64,000 nt of DNA from the human T2T-CHM13v2.0 reference genome, Homo sapiens: assembly GCF_009914755.1 (NCBI RefSeq), contig NC_060935.1; one strand, given 5' to 3'. The stretch's first letter is position 1. Each line of letters opens with the position of its first letter. The notes beneath the pieces were generated by a model. It had not been told where the DNA came from, did not search any database, and worked only from the letters and a program-made list of their open reading frames with translations. The translations under genes were made by a program, and so were the position numbers. Positions 12,716 to 26,849 of the stretch are shown here, piece after piece.

Positions 12716-14660
12716 ATTGCCAGTTCCAACCTCTCCTATATAAGTTCCAGAGCTGACACTAGAGATAAAATATTCTATTTTAGCCCTCTTTACCACTCAA
12801 GTGTCTGTATTCCCTTTGCAAATCTAGTTCTGGATGAAGAAATTGCTGGATGAAGGAAGATCATCCTTTCTGGCCAACTCCAGGGGTTTGCTATATCGTG
12901 GTTGCCTTTTTGGGTATCAGCACTTCCGAAGTCAAGAAAGCCTAGAGAATTCTGTACTTCAGTGATGTTTACAGATTGTGCCTAGGCCTCCTCAAAATAT
13001 ATTTTTCCCTGCACACACTGTCCTGGTGAGTGGGAGTTGAGATTTTGATTCATAGGAAGCCATTTACGTGAGTATAGAACATTTACCTTGACCTGAAAAA
13101 TCTCAGAGATCCCTTCATCTCAAAGTGTTTTCCAAATACTTATCTCACTTTGCAGAAGTGTTCCAAGTCTTCCTGTGTATATGCTTTTGACATTTTCAGT
13201 CTCTTCCTTTTAACCTCTCTCTGGAAGCTCTTCAGAGACCTGCAGTTTATCCTGATTATAGAATGTCAGGTTCTTTTCTTAAACTAACTCCTTAGGGAAA
13301 ACATTGTTTTTGTAGATTTAAGAAGGAAAACTTACATTTCAGCCTTCTCAGTGTTCTATATTTAATTAAGGATAGCTAACCCTTTGCCTTTTCTTCACAT
13401 ACCAGTAAGCACCAACAAGTTGTGAAGATTAGAATTTCAAAACTTATGAATTCAACCAAAACCAGTAACTTAAATTTTACTATTGTTTATATTTGTGCTC
13501 TCATTTGTTCATATATGAATACAAAGTAAAATATAGTTAATAAAAATTGAATATATCCCACAATGTACTCATCTTAATTAACTGGAACTCTGTCAGCCTA
13601 TATTTCTGCTTAAACCCTATGTAGTGTTATTGGAAATTTATTAAATAGCCTTGAAGCACTTAAATAAATGAAAAAAAGTGGAATCAGTCACAAATTTTTA
13701 AAGGTAAAACCTGCATTTATTTGATAAACTTTTAGGTCTGAATACATTTGAACAATTGTAAACTGGTAATTTTTTTAGTGATGTGTATAGACATTTTCTG
13801 TTAACTGAAATATTTGATTAAATCCTGATATATCAAAACAAGAGTGATGGTCAAAATATTCAACAACTTGTATGGTACAGACAACTTCATCGGCATGGGC
13901 ATTAGTCATAAACAACCAGTTTGACCCATACTACTGAGTCTCTATTATAAGTCTTTTTGGGAGTTTTGACCTTAATTTTTCTTTTTAGCTTTAATAGTAG
14001 GCCATCTTCCTCACCATCATGCTGTTTATATTAGGCTTTAAAAATATTACTTAATGGCAATATGCTGAAACCTGTCAATGAGAACATTTCAGATGGTTCA
14101 AGATATTTTATATAACACAATTTTATTTTGCTCTATATTCCCTTATACCATGCAATCAGCAAAAAATATATGTGGTCTCTTAAATAACATCTAAGTTGTG
14201 ATCTAGCTCTGATTTCTTGAGAAATCAGATGGCACTATGTGTCATCCCATTATTTAGCTTTATCAAATATTATTTTCGTCATATTTGTTTCCACTCACTC
14301 TCTTTAAATATATATTAAACCAATACCGACAAAGTGATACCTTCTAGATACCCATGTCTGAACGTATTTATCACCAGGGATTGTCAATATTGTGAATTTA
14401 TCCGTCTTTATACATCCATTTTTCCTTCTAGCTAATTAGAATTATATTGTATGACTATATTACATTTTTAAACTATTTTTATACATGTCTCCTTCTGTAC
14501 ATATGCATACATTTCTCCTGCATATTAAACAAAGGCTTAGAATATGTGGTATCTGTAACTTCAATTTGGCCAAACCATGGGGTGGGGGTTGTTTTGTTTA
14601 TTTATGTTTTATTTCATTTTAAATTGACACTTAGTAATTGTATGTGTTTATAAAGTGCAT

Positions 14661-16917
14661 TGTATTAGTCTGTTCTCACACTGCTGATAAAGACATACCC
14701 AAGAGTGGGTAATTGATAAAGAAAAAGAGGTTTAATGGACTCACAGTTCCATGTGGCTGAGGAGGCCTCACAATCATAGCTGAAAGTGAAAGGCACGTCG
14801 TACATGGTGGCAGACAAGAGAGAATGAGAACAAAGTGAAAGGGGAAACTCCTTATAAAACCATCAATCTCATGAGACTTATTTATTACCACGAGAACAGT
14901 ATGGGGGATACTGCCCCCAATGATTCAGTTATCTCTCACCAGGTTCCTCCGACAACATGTGAGAATTATAGGAGCTACAATTCAATGTAAAATTGGGGTA
15001 AGGACACAACCAAATCATATCATTCTCCTCCTGGCCCCTCCCAAATCTCATGTCCTCACATTTCAAAACCAATCATGCCCAACAGTCTCCCAAAGTCTTA
15101 ATTTATTTCAGCATTAACTCAAAAGTCCACAGTCCAGAGTCTCATCTGAGACAAGGCAAGTCACTTCCACCTATGAGCCTGCAAAATCAAAAGCAAGTTA
15201 GTTACTTCCTAGATACAATGGGGGTATAGGCATTGGGTAAATATAGCCATTCCAAATGGGAGAAATTGGCCAAAACAAAGGGGCTACAGGCCCCATGCAA
15301 GTCCAAAATCCAGCAGGGCAGTCAAATCTTAAAGCTCCAAAATGATCTCCTTTGATTCCGTGTTTCACAACCAGGTCACGCTGATGTAAGAGGTGGGCTC
15401 CCATGGTCTTGGGCAGCTCCGCCATTGTGGCTTTGCAGGGTACAGCCCCCCTCCTGGCTGCTTTCACAGGCTGGTGTTACATGTCTGTGGCTTTTCCAGG
15501 CACACGATGTAAGCTGCCAGTGTATCTCCCATTCTGGGGTTTGGAGGACAGTGGCCCTCTTCTCACAGCTCCACTAGGCAGTGCCCCAGTGGGGACTTCC
15601 CACTGGAGAAGGGAAAACCCCACATTTCCCTTCCGCACTGCCCCGGCAGAGGTTCTCCATGAGAGCCCTGCCCCTGCAGCAAATGTCTGCCTGGACATCC
15701 AGGCATTTCCATACATCCTCTGAAATCTAGGCAGAGGTTCTAAAATCTCCTTCTGTGCACCTGCAGGCTCAACACCACATGTAAGCTGCCAAGGCTTGGG
15801 GCTTGCACCCTCTGAAGCCGTGGTCTGAGCTGTACATTGGCCCCTTTTAGCCATGGCTAGAGCAGCTGGGATGCAGGGAACCAAGTCCTTAGGCTGCAAC
15901 AGAAGAGCCCCACAAAACCGTTTTTTTCTTCCTAGGCCTCTGGGCCTGTGATGGGAGGGATTGCTGCAAAGGTCTCTGACATGCCCTGGAGACATTTCCT
16001 CCATTGCTTTTGGCTATTAACATTTGACTCTTTCTGCAGCCAGCTTGTATTTCTCCTCAGAAAATGGGTTTTTCTTTTCTATTGCAATGTCAGGCTGCAA
16101 ATTTTCTGAAATTTTGTTTTATTTCCCTTTTAAAACGGAATAATTTTAACAGCACCCAAGTCACCTCCTGAATGCATTGCTGCTTAGAAATTTCTTCTGC
16201 CAGATTCCCTAAATCATCTCCTTCAAGTTCAAAGTTCCACAAATCTCTAGGGCGGGGGCAAAATGCTGCCAGCTTCTTTGCTAAAACATAGCAAGAGTCA
16301 CCTTTACTCTGATTCCCAACAAGTTCCTCATTTCCACCTGAGACCACCTCAGCCTGGATTTTATTGTCCATATCATTATGAGCGTTTTGGTCAAAGCCAT
16401 TCAACAAGTCTCTAGGAAGTTCCAAACTTTCCCACATTTTCATGTCTTTTTCTGAGCGCTCCAAACTGTTCCTACCTCTGCCTGTTACCCAGTTCCAGTT
16501 CCTTTCACATTTTCAGGTATCTTTACACCAGTGCCTCATTCTACTGGTACCAATTTACTGTATTACTCTGTTCTCATGATGCTGAAAAAGACACACCTGA
16601 GACTGGGTAATTTATTAATAAAAAGGGGTTTAATGGACTCACAGTTCCATGTGGCTAGGGAGGCCTCATCAGCATGGTGGGAGGTAAAAGCCATGTCTTA
16701 CATGGTGGCAGACGAGAGAATGAGAGCAAGTGAAAGGGGAAATCCATTATAAAACCATCAGTTCTCATGAGACTTATTCATTACCATGAGAACAGTATGG
16801 GGGAAACCATCCCCAAGATTCAGTTATCTACCACCAGGTCCTTCGCACAACACATGCGAGTTACGGGAGTTACAATTCAAGATAAGATTTGGGTGAGGAC
16901 ACAGCCAAACCATATCA
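14661..16917 (-). mobile_element. Full-length THE1B-type MaLR (3' LTR 14661-15022, internal 15023-16558, 5' LTR 16559-16917)
   Basis: Two related ~360 bp LTRs (tgtatta...catatca) flank THE1-int; near-TSD tgcat/tgcag. ORFs at 15198-16464 are THE1-int remnants. Confidence 0.93.
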
Positions 16918-19421
16918 TGCAGTGTGGTGTTTTGATACATATGTATTGTGTAATGATCAAATCAGGGTATTCAGCTTATTCATCATCTCAAACATTTATT
17001 TTTTGTGTGTGTGGTGAGACCATTGAAAGTCTATGTTCTAGTTATTTTGGAATATATAATACAATATTGTTAACTATAATCATCTTACTTTTTCAATGGA
17101 ACACCAGGACTTATTTCTCCCATCTTTAACAATAATCCTTTCCTGTAATCTTTTCCTTTATAGTTTCTCTGGGGCTTACATTAAAAATCCTGTATAAGAT
17201 TATTTTCAGCTGATAAAAACTTAACATTGGTCATATACAAATATTCTAGACTTTTATCTTCCTTCCCCATAATGTGTAATTTTGTTACCTTAATTTGCAT
17301 TTGTATAGGGTATATTCCTTAACAACTTATTGTAGCTATAGATATCCATGTCTATTTTGATGTTTTATCTTCATAGGAGAGACTTAAAAGATTACATGCC
17401 ACTATTACAGTAATGAAGTCTTCTGAATTATGCATTTACCTCTACCAGTCAGTTTTATACTTTCATATAATTTCATAGTAGTAATTGGCATCCTTTCACT
17501 TCTAGTTGAAGTACTGCCATAAATGTTTCTTTGTAAGGCTGCTGTAGTAGTGATGAATTCCCTCAGCTTCTGCTTGCTTCATTTCTGAAAGATAGCTTTG
17601 CTGGGGAGATTATTCTTTGATAACAGTTGTCTTTTCAGCATTTTGAATATATAATCCCATTCTCTCCTCGCCTTCAAGGTTTTGTTGAGAAATCTGCTGA
17701 TAATCTAATGAGGATTAAATATGACTTGACATTTTTCTCTTGCTGCTTTTAGAATGTTCTGTTTGTCTTTGATATTTGGAAGTTTGATTATAATGTGCCT
17801 TGAAGAGGACCTCTTTGGGTTGATTCTAATTGCAACCTTTAAACTTCGTGTATCTCATTGTCCATGTCTCTCTCATGACCTGGCAATTTTTTAGCTTTTA
17901 TTTTGCTAAATAGCTATCTGTACCTTTCTCTGTCTATTCTCCCTTTGCAATGCCCATAATATAAATATTTATGAGTCCGTAGGTCTTGAAGGATATTTTC
18001 ACACTTTTTCATATTCTTTCTTTATTTTCCCTCTGACTAGGCTATTTCAAAAGACCTGTTTCGAGTTCAGAAATGGTTTTTTCTGCTTGATCTAGTCTGT
18101 TCTCAAAGCTCTCAATTGTATTTTTTATTTTATTCATCGAAGGCTTTAGCTCAAAGGTTTGTTTTTTTTAATATCTATCTCTGTTAAATTTTTCATTCAG
18201 ATCATGAATTGTTTTTCTGATTTCACTGAATTGTCTGTCTGTGTTCTTTTTTTATCTTGCTGAGTTTCCTTAAGATCATGATTTTGAACTCCTTTTCAGG
18301 CAATTTATAAATTTTCTTTGGGGTGAGTTATTGGAGAGTTATTTTGTTTCTTTGGTGGTTTGAAGTTTCTTTGCTTTTTCATGTTTCTTTTTTCCCTGCA
18401 TTGACATCTGTGCATCTGGTATAAGAGTTACCACTTCCAATTTTATAGAGCATCTTTCACTGGGAAAGATTATCACCTATAGATACATCTTCCGGTGTTG
18501 GCTTTGGTTCCAGGTGGGCACAGAAGTGTAGTCTCGTGCAGTTTCTTTGGCTGTAGTCAACTTCAGTGATGCCTGCCAGTGACTCTGGCTTAGGCTACAG
18601 AAGTTTGTGCAGCTTCTCAAGAGCAGCCTCCCCACTGGAGCCAAGGGCACCAGGTTGTTCCATGCACCAAGGGTATACTGGGGCTGCTTGACCACTGGGT
18701 CTGCCATGACCTCCCTGCTGGTGATGGCAGCACAGAGCTGTGCCATGGTGAAAGGTGCCTGGGGGCTACTCCACCACCAGTTCAGTCACAACCTCAATGT
18801 GAGCAGGACTGCCTATTCCTTGCAAGGCAGGACACGACACCTTGTAAGATTGAGTGCCCAGATTATGGCTATTCTTCTGGGCCTAGGCTTTGAATAGCAG
18901 GGTCAGGATTTTGCAGCAACTTGAATGGGAAAGATACAGTGCCTCCTATACAGTTTATTCTTGGAAGGTACAGCTGTAGCTGCTTGGCTAGGGGGTGGTG
19001 TGTTATGTATGAGCACTGTGTAGTGGCAGCAGAGCCTCAGGTTTGGGGAGTTACAGTGGCTACTGGCCCCCAATGCAGGACACACTAGCAGTGGCTTCAG
19101 TCTCAAGATAACACCTTACAGCAGCAGCTTGGATCATGTCATGAGGTAGAGGAAGCACAATGTAGACTTCCACTTTGGAGCAATGCAATCATGTGAACTC
19201 TTGGCAGCCCCACCCCAGACTGGGCTCAGGACCTGAGAGTACTAGATCGTTCTCAACCAACAAAGACAATGAGTTTTGACAGTTTTAATTAGGACTTCTG
19301 GTGACCTCCTGCTTACCTTTTCCCCCACAGGAAGAGTCTCTCCTAGTTCCAAACTGACCCCAACTAGGGAGATGGAGTAGCAAAAACACAGTGTTTAGTT
19401 TCCTTTTCTATGCATCCATTC

Positions 19422-19783
19422 TCATATGGTTTGCCTGTGTCCCACCCAAATCTCATCTTGAATTGTAATCCCCATAATTCCCACATGTCATGGGAGGGAC
19501 CTGGTGGATGGTAATTGATCACTGGGGGCAGTCTCCCCCATGATGTTCTCATGATAGTGAATGAGTTTTTACGAGATCTGATGATGTTATAAGCATCTGA
19601 TATTTCCCCTGCTGGCATTCATTCTCTCTCCTGCCACCCTGAGAAGAGGTGCCTTCCGCCATAATTGTAAGTTTTTTGAGGCCTCCCCAGCTATTGAAAC
19701 TGTGAGTCAATTAAACCTCTTTTCTTTATAAATTACCCAGTCTCGGGTATTTATTCATAGCAGCCTAAGAATGAACTAATACA
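19422..19783 (+). mobile_element. THE1 (C/D-like) solo LTR
   Basis: atatggtttgcctgtgtcccacccaaatctcatcttgaattgt...gaactaataca; near-TSD cattc/catcc. Confidence 0.9.
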
Positions 19784-19959
19784 CATCCCATGTCTCCATG
19801 CTCTACAGGAGATCTGCCAGTCCCCTGCTGCACTCCAGCACTCTGCTTCAAGTACTTTGGTTAAAATATGGTTGTTTGTTGTTTGGGTCCTTTTTTTTGT
19901 AGGAGAGAAATGAACATTAGGCACCTCTTGTTAGCCATCTTGCTGACATCACTCCTAAA

Positions 19960-20830
19960 CCTTGATTTTGTAACTCTTTTTAATTTTTGCCAATAACTGG
20001 ATTTGAAATGGGATATCATTGTTGTCTTAATTTGCATTTCCATGATTACTAGTGAGTAGCACACCCTTCACATATGTATTGGCCATTTGTGCTTCCTCTT
20101 CTGTGCTACTACTCATTCTCATGCTTTTCCTTTGTAGTTATTGTATCTATACATTTGTCTCTTCCCAAGCAATATATTTTTAGATTTATCTGCTCTTGAA
20201 TATTATATAAATAAATCATATTTATATGATTTTAAAAATTTGTTTCGTTTGGTCCACATTATGTTTTAGAGATTTATTAATGTTTCACCATATTTTATTT
20301 CATCAATTTACATGCCTTTTCTTAGATCATTTTAAGAGCATACCATAACTGAATTAATCTTTCTATTGTTGATAGACATTTGAATAGTTTTGGGGGGTTT
20401 TGCCTTAAAACAAGGATTTTGTAAATATCCTTGTACCTGACTTCTGGTGCATATGAAAAATTTCTCTCACATATAAATATAGTAGTAGAATTAAGAAGCC
20501 ATAGGTTATAGGTATGTTGTGTATATTCAGCTTTAATAAGTAATACAAAACTGGTTTTTAAAGTAGCCTTCCCTAATTTGTATTTGTACCAAAAGTGAAC
20601 AAGGATTTCAATTTCTCTACACACTCTGGCCATCACTTGATATTGTTTGATTATTTAATTTTGTCCATCTGGAGGAAGAAAATGGTGTCACATGGTGGTT
20701 TTAATGTGTATATCCCAAATGATTAATGGCTTTAACATTCTTCATATGTTTGGGACAATTATAGTATCTCTTTTGTGAAATTTCTTTTTCTTTTGTAGTT
20801 GATTTTTTTACTTATTTTTGGAAGTTCTTT
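19960..20830 (-). mobile_element. Old L1M (L1ME/MD-like) 3' fragments
   Basis: Antisense cattgttgtcttaatttgcatttccatgattactagtga and ttgatagacatttgaatagtt motifs. Confidence 0.7.
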
Positions 20831-20835
20831 AATAT

Positions 20836-23485
20836 AGTATTCCTTTTCTAAAATGCTTGGGACAAGAAATATTTCTGATTTTGGAATGTTTTCATATGTA
20901 TAATGAACTATCTTGGGAATGAGATCATGTCTAAACACAAAATTTATGTTTCATGTAGACCTTATACACATAAACTGAAGTTAATTTTATATAATATTTT
21001 TAATAATTTTGAACACAAAACAGTTTGTGTACATTAAACCATCAGAAAGCAAAGGTGTCACTACTTTAGCTACCCATGTGAACGATCTGTGGTTGTTTGG
21101 CATCACTGTCATTCTCACTATACATTCATAAACTACTGATAAGCAATCTTTTCTTACATTTATTCACACATAAGTACTTAACAGTAAAAAAAAATTCCAT
21201 ATTTAACACAATGAAAAAATAATGTGTTCAGCGTAACTAAACAGCACAGTAGCATCACCAGAATACCTGTATCAGGTATTCAACAAGAGCAACAACAAAC
21301 AATATTGTTTTTTTGGTCTCCATCTGTGAATCTGTTTTGATTAAATGGGAACTATACACTGTATTTTAAATTTTTTAAGAGGAGAAACATCAGAAGGAAT
21401 TGAGGGCCCAGAAAGTAGGTTCTCTGGGGATGAGCAGGCATTCTGCTGGATGGCTTTTAAAACTATTTCTTCCAGAGTCATTTTCCTCATTAACAATAGT
21501 TTTTGTCTTAGAAGTCTCTCTTTAATTTTATAAACTGATGTGATTTCTTGTTCTGTTATGAGGGCATGCTGCTCTAGTATGATAAAACCACATCACACAT
21601 TTTTACCATGTCATCTATAGGCACTTTTTCTCCAGTGTTAACATCATCTTCATTGTCACTATTATCACAATCACCTTAACTTGGAAGGACTTTAACTAAT
21701 TTACCACTGGTTAATGAATGAACAACTGGAGCCTCATTATTGATGTTAAAATCTTCTTCAACATCCACTTCTTCCAGCTCACAGATGGACTCTGAAGGTA
21801 CATATTTAGCATATGAAAGAGATGAAACTTTTTTTTCTCATTTGAATACAGAATCTAAGTCACCCATCTTGTTCACGATCACTGTACATAGCTCAGGCCA
21901 GAGGTTGTGCCAGGCATGCACACTGTGTCTTTAGTCACTGTGTTCCAAGCATTGGGAAAAGCATATATGGCATCCTTCATGCTAAACTTATTTTGAAGAC
22001 CTTCCACACCCACACCTCTGTTCACTGCTATTACCATGCTGTTCAAGAAAGTGTTTTTATATCTACTTTTCATTGATCTAAGGATATCTGGTCACAGAGT
22101 TGAATTAATAAAGTCATATTTGGAAGAAAGTACATGACATAAACATTATTTTCAATGGGAATTACAGCTGGAGAATAAGCGTAACAGTTGTCAAGAAATA
22201 ACAAAATTTTATAATCGTTATCCAGTCCTACTTCACTGCAATCAGCATGTGCCACTAGTACAAAATATTTGTGAAACCAATCAAAAAAGATGTCCCTAGG
22301 GATCTATGCCTTTTTGTTAGCATAATAATATAAGAAACTCACTACTTGAATACAGAGAGAATGCAAATTTTGCCTATCACAGCAAGTTTACACTTATGCA
22401 TACTTGCTATATTAGCACATCTCCACACAATTATTATTTACTTGGCATCTTTAATTACAAAGCTATCTCATCAACTGTCGTCCACGTCTTCTGAAACAAA
22501 AATGCCAAAATAGTGGTGCTTCATCATCATTTTAGACTTGTTCTGGCATCAGATTTTCATCAGTAATGACCTTGGCAAACTCATCAATGAATTTCTCCCC
22601 TGCTTCATAATCAGTGGATGTTTTCTTACCACAAATCTTTAAAAGTTTAATGCTGTGTCTTTTCTAAAATTTCTGCAATCAACCTGTTGAATATTCAGTT
22701 CTCTTTCACTTTTAAACCCTTTCACTTTAATCCATTGTGATAGTTTTTTCTTGTTTCATGATCATCATACAATTAAGTGACACAAGTTTTCTGTAATGCT
22801 GAAGGATCCATTCATTCAATACAGAATTGAGATCTTCATGCAGTGTTTCTGTATTTTTCATTAATTTTTGTTCACTTTCAGCATAGAACTCCAATAGTTT
22901 ATCCTTCTGTTTCTTCAGGTCATACTAGCTGGTCATTCCAACACCATACTTCTCTGTAAGATGTTTCACACTTACACTGCTGTCTAGTTTCTCTAGTAGC
23001 TTGACTTTCTGTGCTATAGTTAAACACGAATGCTTCTCTTTTCCTAATTACTAGTACCCATATAGGTATCTGCAAGTCCTTTTGACATTTTTAACAATAC
23101 CTTTACCAATACCTTTATATCACAGAGAAAGAATAAGCAAAAAAAAAAAAAACAAACAAAAAAAACCACAATGAGTAATGCACATAGGTCTTGGCCTCAT
23201 GTGGATCATTGTAGGGAACATGCCATTGGCGTGTCTAACCTGCAGATGTGCCATTTTATTGTCCTTTTGGGGCATGCTTGCATGAGGGAATCTGGGTATG
23301 CACAAAAAAACATGTCTCACAGCTGAAGGGGGTGTTTTTCTCTTGGAGATGCTGAATGATTGTGTGTTGTGTGTCCACATTTTGACTGTGACTCAGGTCA
23401 GGGCTAAAATTTCCAGTTATGGTATCATTTCAGCACTCAAAAATTTTGGATTTTGGAAAGTTTTGAATTAGGAGTGCTAAAGCTA
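20836..23485 (-). mobile_element. Tigger4 (Zombi) TcMar DNA transposon, near full length, with disrupted transposase
   Basis: Tigger4/MER46-like ends (aaatgcttgggacaagaa...; ...ttttgaattaggagtgct). Minus-strand ORF fragment KILLFLDNC...FLPNMTLLIQLCDQ matches pogo-family DDE_1 motifs. Confidence 0.85.
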
Positions 23486-23489
23486 CATG

Positions 23490-26400
23490 TTCTGAATAGA
23501 AATGCTTTATTGATTAGATGTGATGAAAACATGATTTTCCAGTTTGAGCTTTTTTTTCCCACTTCCTTTGTGTTTCTTAAAATTTAAAAAAATTAATATA
23601 CCAGTATTTTCTTTATGACTTATACTTTTACTGTCTCAATAAGATATCCTTCTCTGCCCTAAGGTCATACAGATTTTCTGCTTTATTTCCTTCTAAAGCT
23701 TTATAGTGTAGCCTTGCACATTTAAATTTTTAAACCACCCGAAATGTGTGTTATAGATGATATGAGATAGAGGTTTGATTTAATTTTTCCACATGAATGT
23801 TATAAAGATCACCATAGACACCTTATAGTTTTGATATCATAATATTTAAATGATTTGTGGGTCAAAGAACAAACCATAAGGAAACTTAAGTAATATTTAG
23901 AACTGAAAAAAAAGCAATCCTTTGGAATTTGTTCAGATGTGTCATATAGTACAAAATGGAAACATTTCAAACCATTTTGTGTGCTTGAAAAGGGAGGGTA
24001 TTCAGCCGTTAGGTAAAATGTTCCATACATGTTGTTAAATGTGTTGTTCAAATATTTCACATACGTATGACTCTTATATCTGCTTGATCTATCAATTACT
24101 GAGTAAAGCATGTAAAAAGTATTTTTCACTAGGATTGTTGATTTGCCTATTTTACTTCTCCTTTCTGCCAATTTTTATTGGTACATATATGGTTTATATA
24201 CATATGCTTATCTATCTATCTACCTACCTACCTACCAACCTACAGCCAGCCCTCCATATTCATGGGTTTTGCATCCTTGAATTCAACCCACCACATGTCA
24301 AAACCTGAGGATGTGGAGGACCAACTACATGTATTTTCTGTCTGCAATTTGTTAAATCCTGAAATGTGGAGGCTGAAAATATGGAGGGCCAACTTTACTA
24401 CACTGTTTTGTATAAAAGGCTTAAGCATCTGAGGATCTTGGTTTCTGTGGGGGGATCCTAGAACTTCCACATATGGAGGGCCAACTGTACCTGTGCATAC
24501 ATACACACATCCGTACACATGAACACACACACACCTCTTCTTTACCAAGAGCAAGTTTATAATTTTACTATCTTAAAGTAAACTGAACATTTCAGAATTG
24601 TGAAAGTGATATTCTTAACATCTAGTGGTGTTTTTTGTCTAAAGTCTATTTTCCATGATATAAATATAGCTAAATTTGGGGAGGGGGACTCTCAGTATAT
24701 TTTTTCTATCCTTTTATTTCCACCTTTCTGTATGTTTCTGTTATAAATGTGTTTATTATAAATAACATATAGATGAACCTCCCCCCAGTCTGACAATTTT
24801 TCCTTTTTTAACATCTATTTAACCTCTAACAAATTTAACCTCTAAATTTGTCTTTTTTTATTATAATTTAATGACATATTTTGATTTATTACTAACATGT
24901 TTTTGTGCTTTTATTTCTCCCAGTATTTTCTGTTTCTTTTTCTTTGTTTTCTTGCTTTATTTTGGATTGAGTGACTATTTCATTTTTCATTATATTTTTC
25001 CTCTACTAATCTGGATATAATTTATTTATACCATTTTAATATATATCTATAAATTTTAAAATACATATGCAACTTACCAAAATCTCACATTAATCAATAC
25101 CTTTAGCCTCTGGCAAATGACACAAGGTCTATTCTTAGAACATCTAAGGATATATAAATATGCTTTATATTATCTGTGACCAGCCTGTCCCAACCTGTAT
25201 GATATTGTTATCATATATTCTGGTTTAGTTTTATAGTTGATAATCCCAAAATATTATAATAATTGTTTTATGTGGCCAATGCATTTTTTAATTTATCCAC
25301 TTTTTTTTGCTTTCTATTTTCTTAATTAATTGTGGAATCTCAGATTCTTTTCCTCTGGATTCATTTTCCTTTCACCCGAAGCACATTCTTTAGAAGGTTC
25401 TTTAAAAAAGTTCCGTCAGAGACAAACATAGACCATTTCTTTTGCCTTAAAAAGATTTTATTTTGCACCCACTCTTGAAAAATTTTGGCTGGGTATAGAA
25501 TTTAGTAAATGAACATTTATTTTCTTTAACACACTCTGCAAACCATCTCACTGTCTTGTGGCATCTATTGTTACTGTTAGTCCATTTTTCACTATTTTAA
25601 TAGTGAATCTGTCTTTTATTCTCACTAGTTTTAAAATCCTCGGATTCAAAGTTCTGCAGTTATAATATACATAGTTCTGGATTTCTTTTTATTTGTTTTA
25701 CTTTGATGTTGTTTGGCTTCTAAGTTTTCTGGAAAATCTAAGCTGTTATCTGTTCAAATATTACCCCTGCCACATTCTCCCCCACCACCGTCATTCTATT
25801 CCTCGTGGCATCTCAGTTAAACCTGTGTTAGCTTTTCTGACTTTATCCTCCATTCCTCTTTATCTTTATTTCACATTTCTATCTCTTTATTTACCTAATA
25901 TGCCTTCCCTTATTATAAATTCTATCTTTCCATTCACTATTCTTTTCTAATTGTGTCCAGTCTGCTGTTAGGCTTATAGGTGGAGTTTTTAATTACATTA
26001 TTATATTTATTCATTTCTATAAATTTTGTCAGCTCTGTTTATATCCTGATTGCTGTTTGTTCTTATTGTAAAGCCTCTTTAAATTTCTTGAAACTGTTAA
26101 ATATACTCATTCTATAATCTGTGTTCTATTAATTCCAACATCTGGAAAGTTTTACAGCCCTAATTCTGCCACTTTTTTTAGTTGCCTCTTTCTCATAATG
26201 CCTGATTTCCTTCAGTTAATTTTGTCTGTTAAACACTTTCCTTGAAACTTATCTGAGTAAATGTCTTTGTAGCCAGGGCAAAATTAGGTTCCTCCAAAAT
26301 AACTTGTCTCCTTGCTTCTCAGGTACTTGCGATACAACTGGTTTGGTATGACTCAATCCTTGGCTTGAGGTTATTGGCCAGCCCAGTCAATTTTCATTTG

Positions 26401-26740
26401 ACTTGCTCACCTGCATTAGAATCAAGATACGGTTATAATTTCTCAAGGGAGATTTTAATTTTGTCCTTTAATCAGTGACAAGGAATGAAATAGACAGTTT
26501 TCTTGCTATTTTCTGAGTAGTAGGGAGAAGTTACATTTTCGTTTACTCTTACATCAAAGGTGTAGTTCTTCGTGGTCTGAGTTTAAGAAATGAAGGTAAA
26601 ATCCTGGATTTATCTTCTATTTTCTGATGATACTAAGCTCTCAACTCACACATGTTCAGTTCTACTGGATACGATAAAATGTTCAAGGGTAGATTGGCTT
26701 TATGGCTCTTAAATACTTGGCTCATGTTCTATTTCTTATA
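23490..26740 (-). mobile_element. Old L1ME-like fragments
   Basis: T-rich antisense L1 ORF2/ORF1 debris, interrupted by a MER2-type element. Confidence 0.6.
24243..24487. mobile_element. MER2/MER2B-type Tigger MITE
   Basis: Inverted termini cagccagccctccatat...atatggagggccaactg flanked by TA on both sides. Confidence 0.8.
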
Positions 26741-26758
26741 CCTCAATTATACATATAT

Positions 26759-26781
26759 AAACACACATACAAGCATACACA

Positions 26782-26816
<35 letters not shown>

Positions 26817-26817
26817 G
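26759..26817. repeat. (CA)n microsatellite
   Basis: Directly visible. Confidence 0.95.
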
Positions 26818-26849
26818 CGTAAATTATTTTTAGTATTCCACAGAAAGGC

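Larger units (their letters stand above)
14595..19955 (-). mobile_element. Old L1 (L1MA/L1M) sequence interrupted by two THE1 insertions
   Basis: L1MA-like 3' end at 14595-14660 resumes at 16918-17130. ORF1 and 5'UTR run antisense to an L1 5' terminus motif (rc ggagtgatgtcagcaagatggctaa) near 19955. Confidence 0.7.

Noticed and set aside
15198-16464. 89-175 aa ORFs
   Set aside because: THE1 internal sequence remnants, not a host gene.
21879-22255. Possible TIGD/JRK-like domesticated gene
   Set aside because: Fragmented frames inside a Tigger4 copy with transposon ends.
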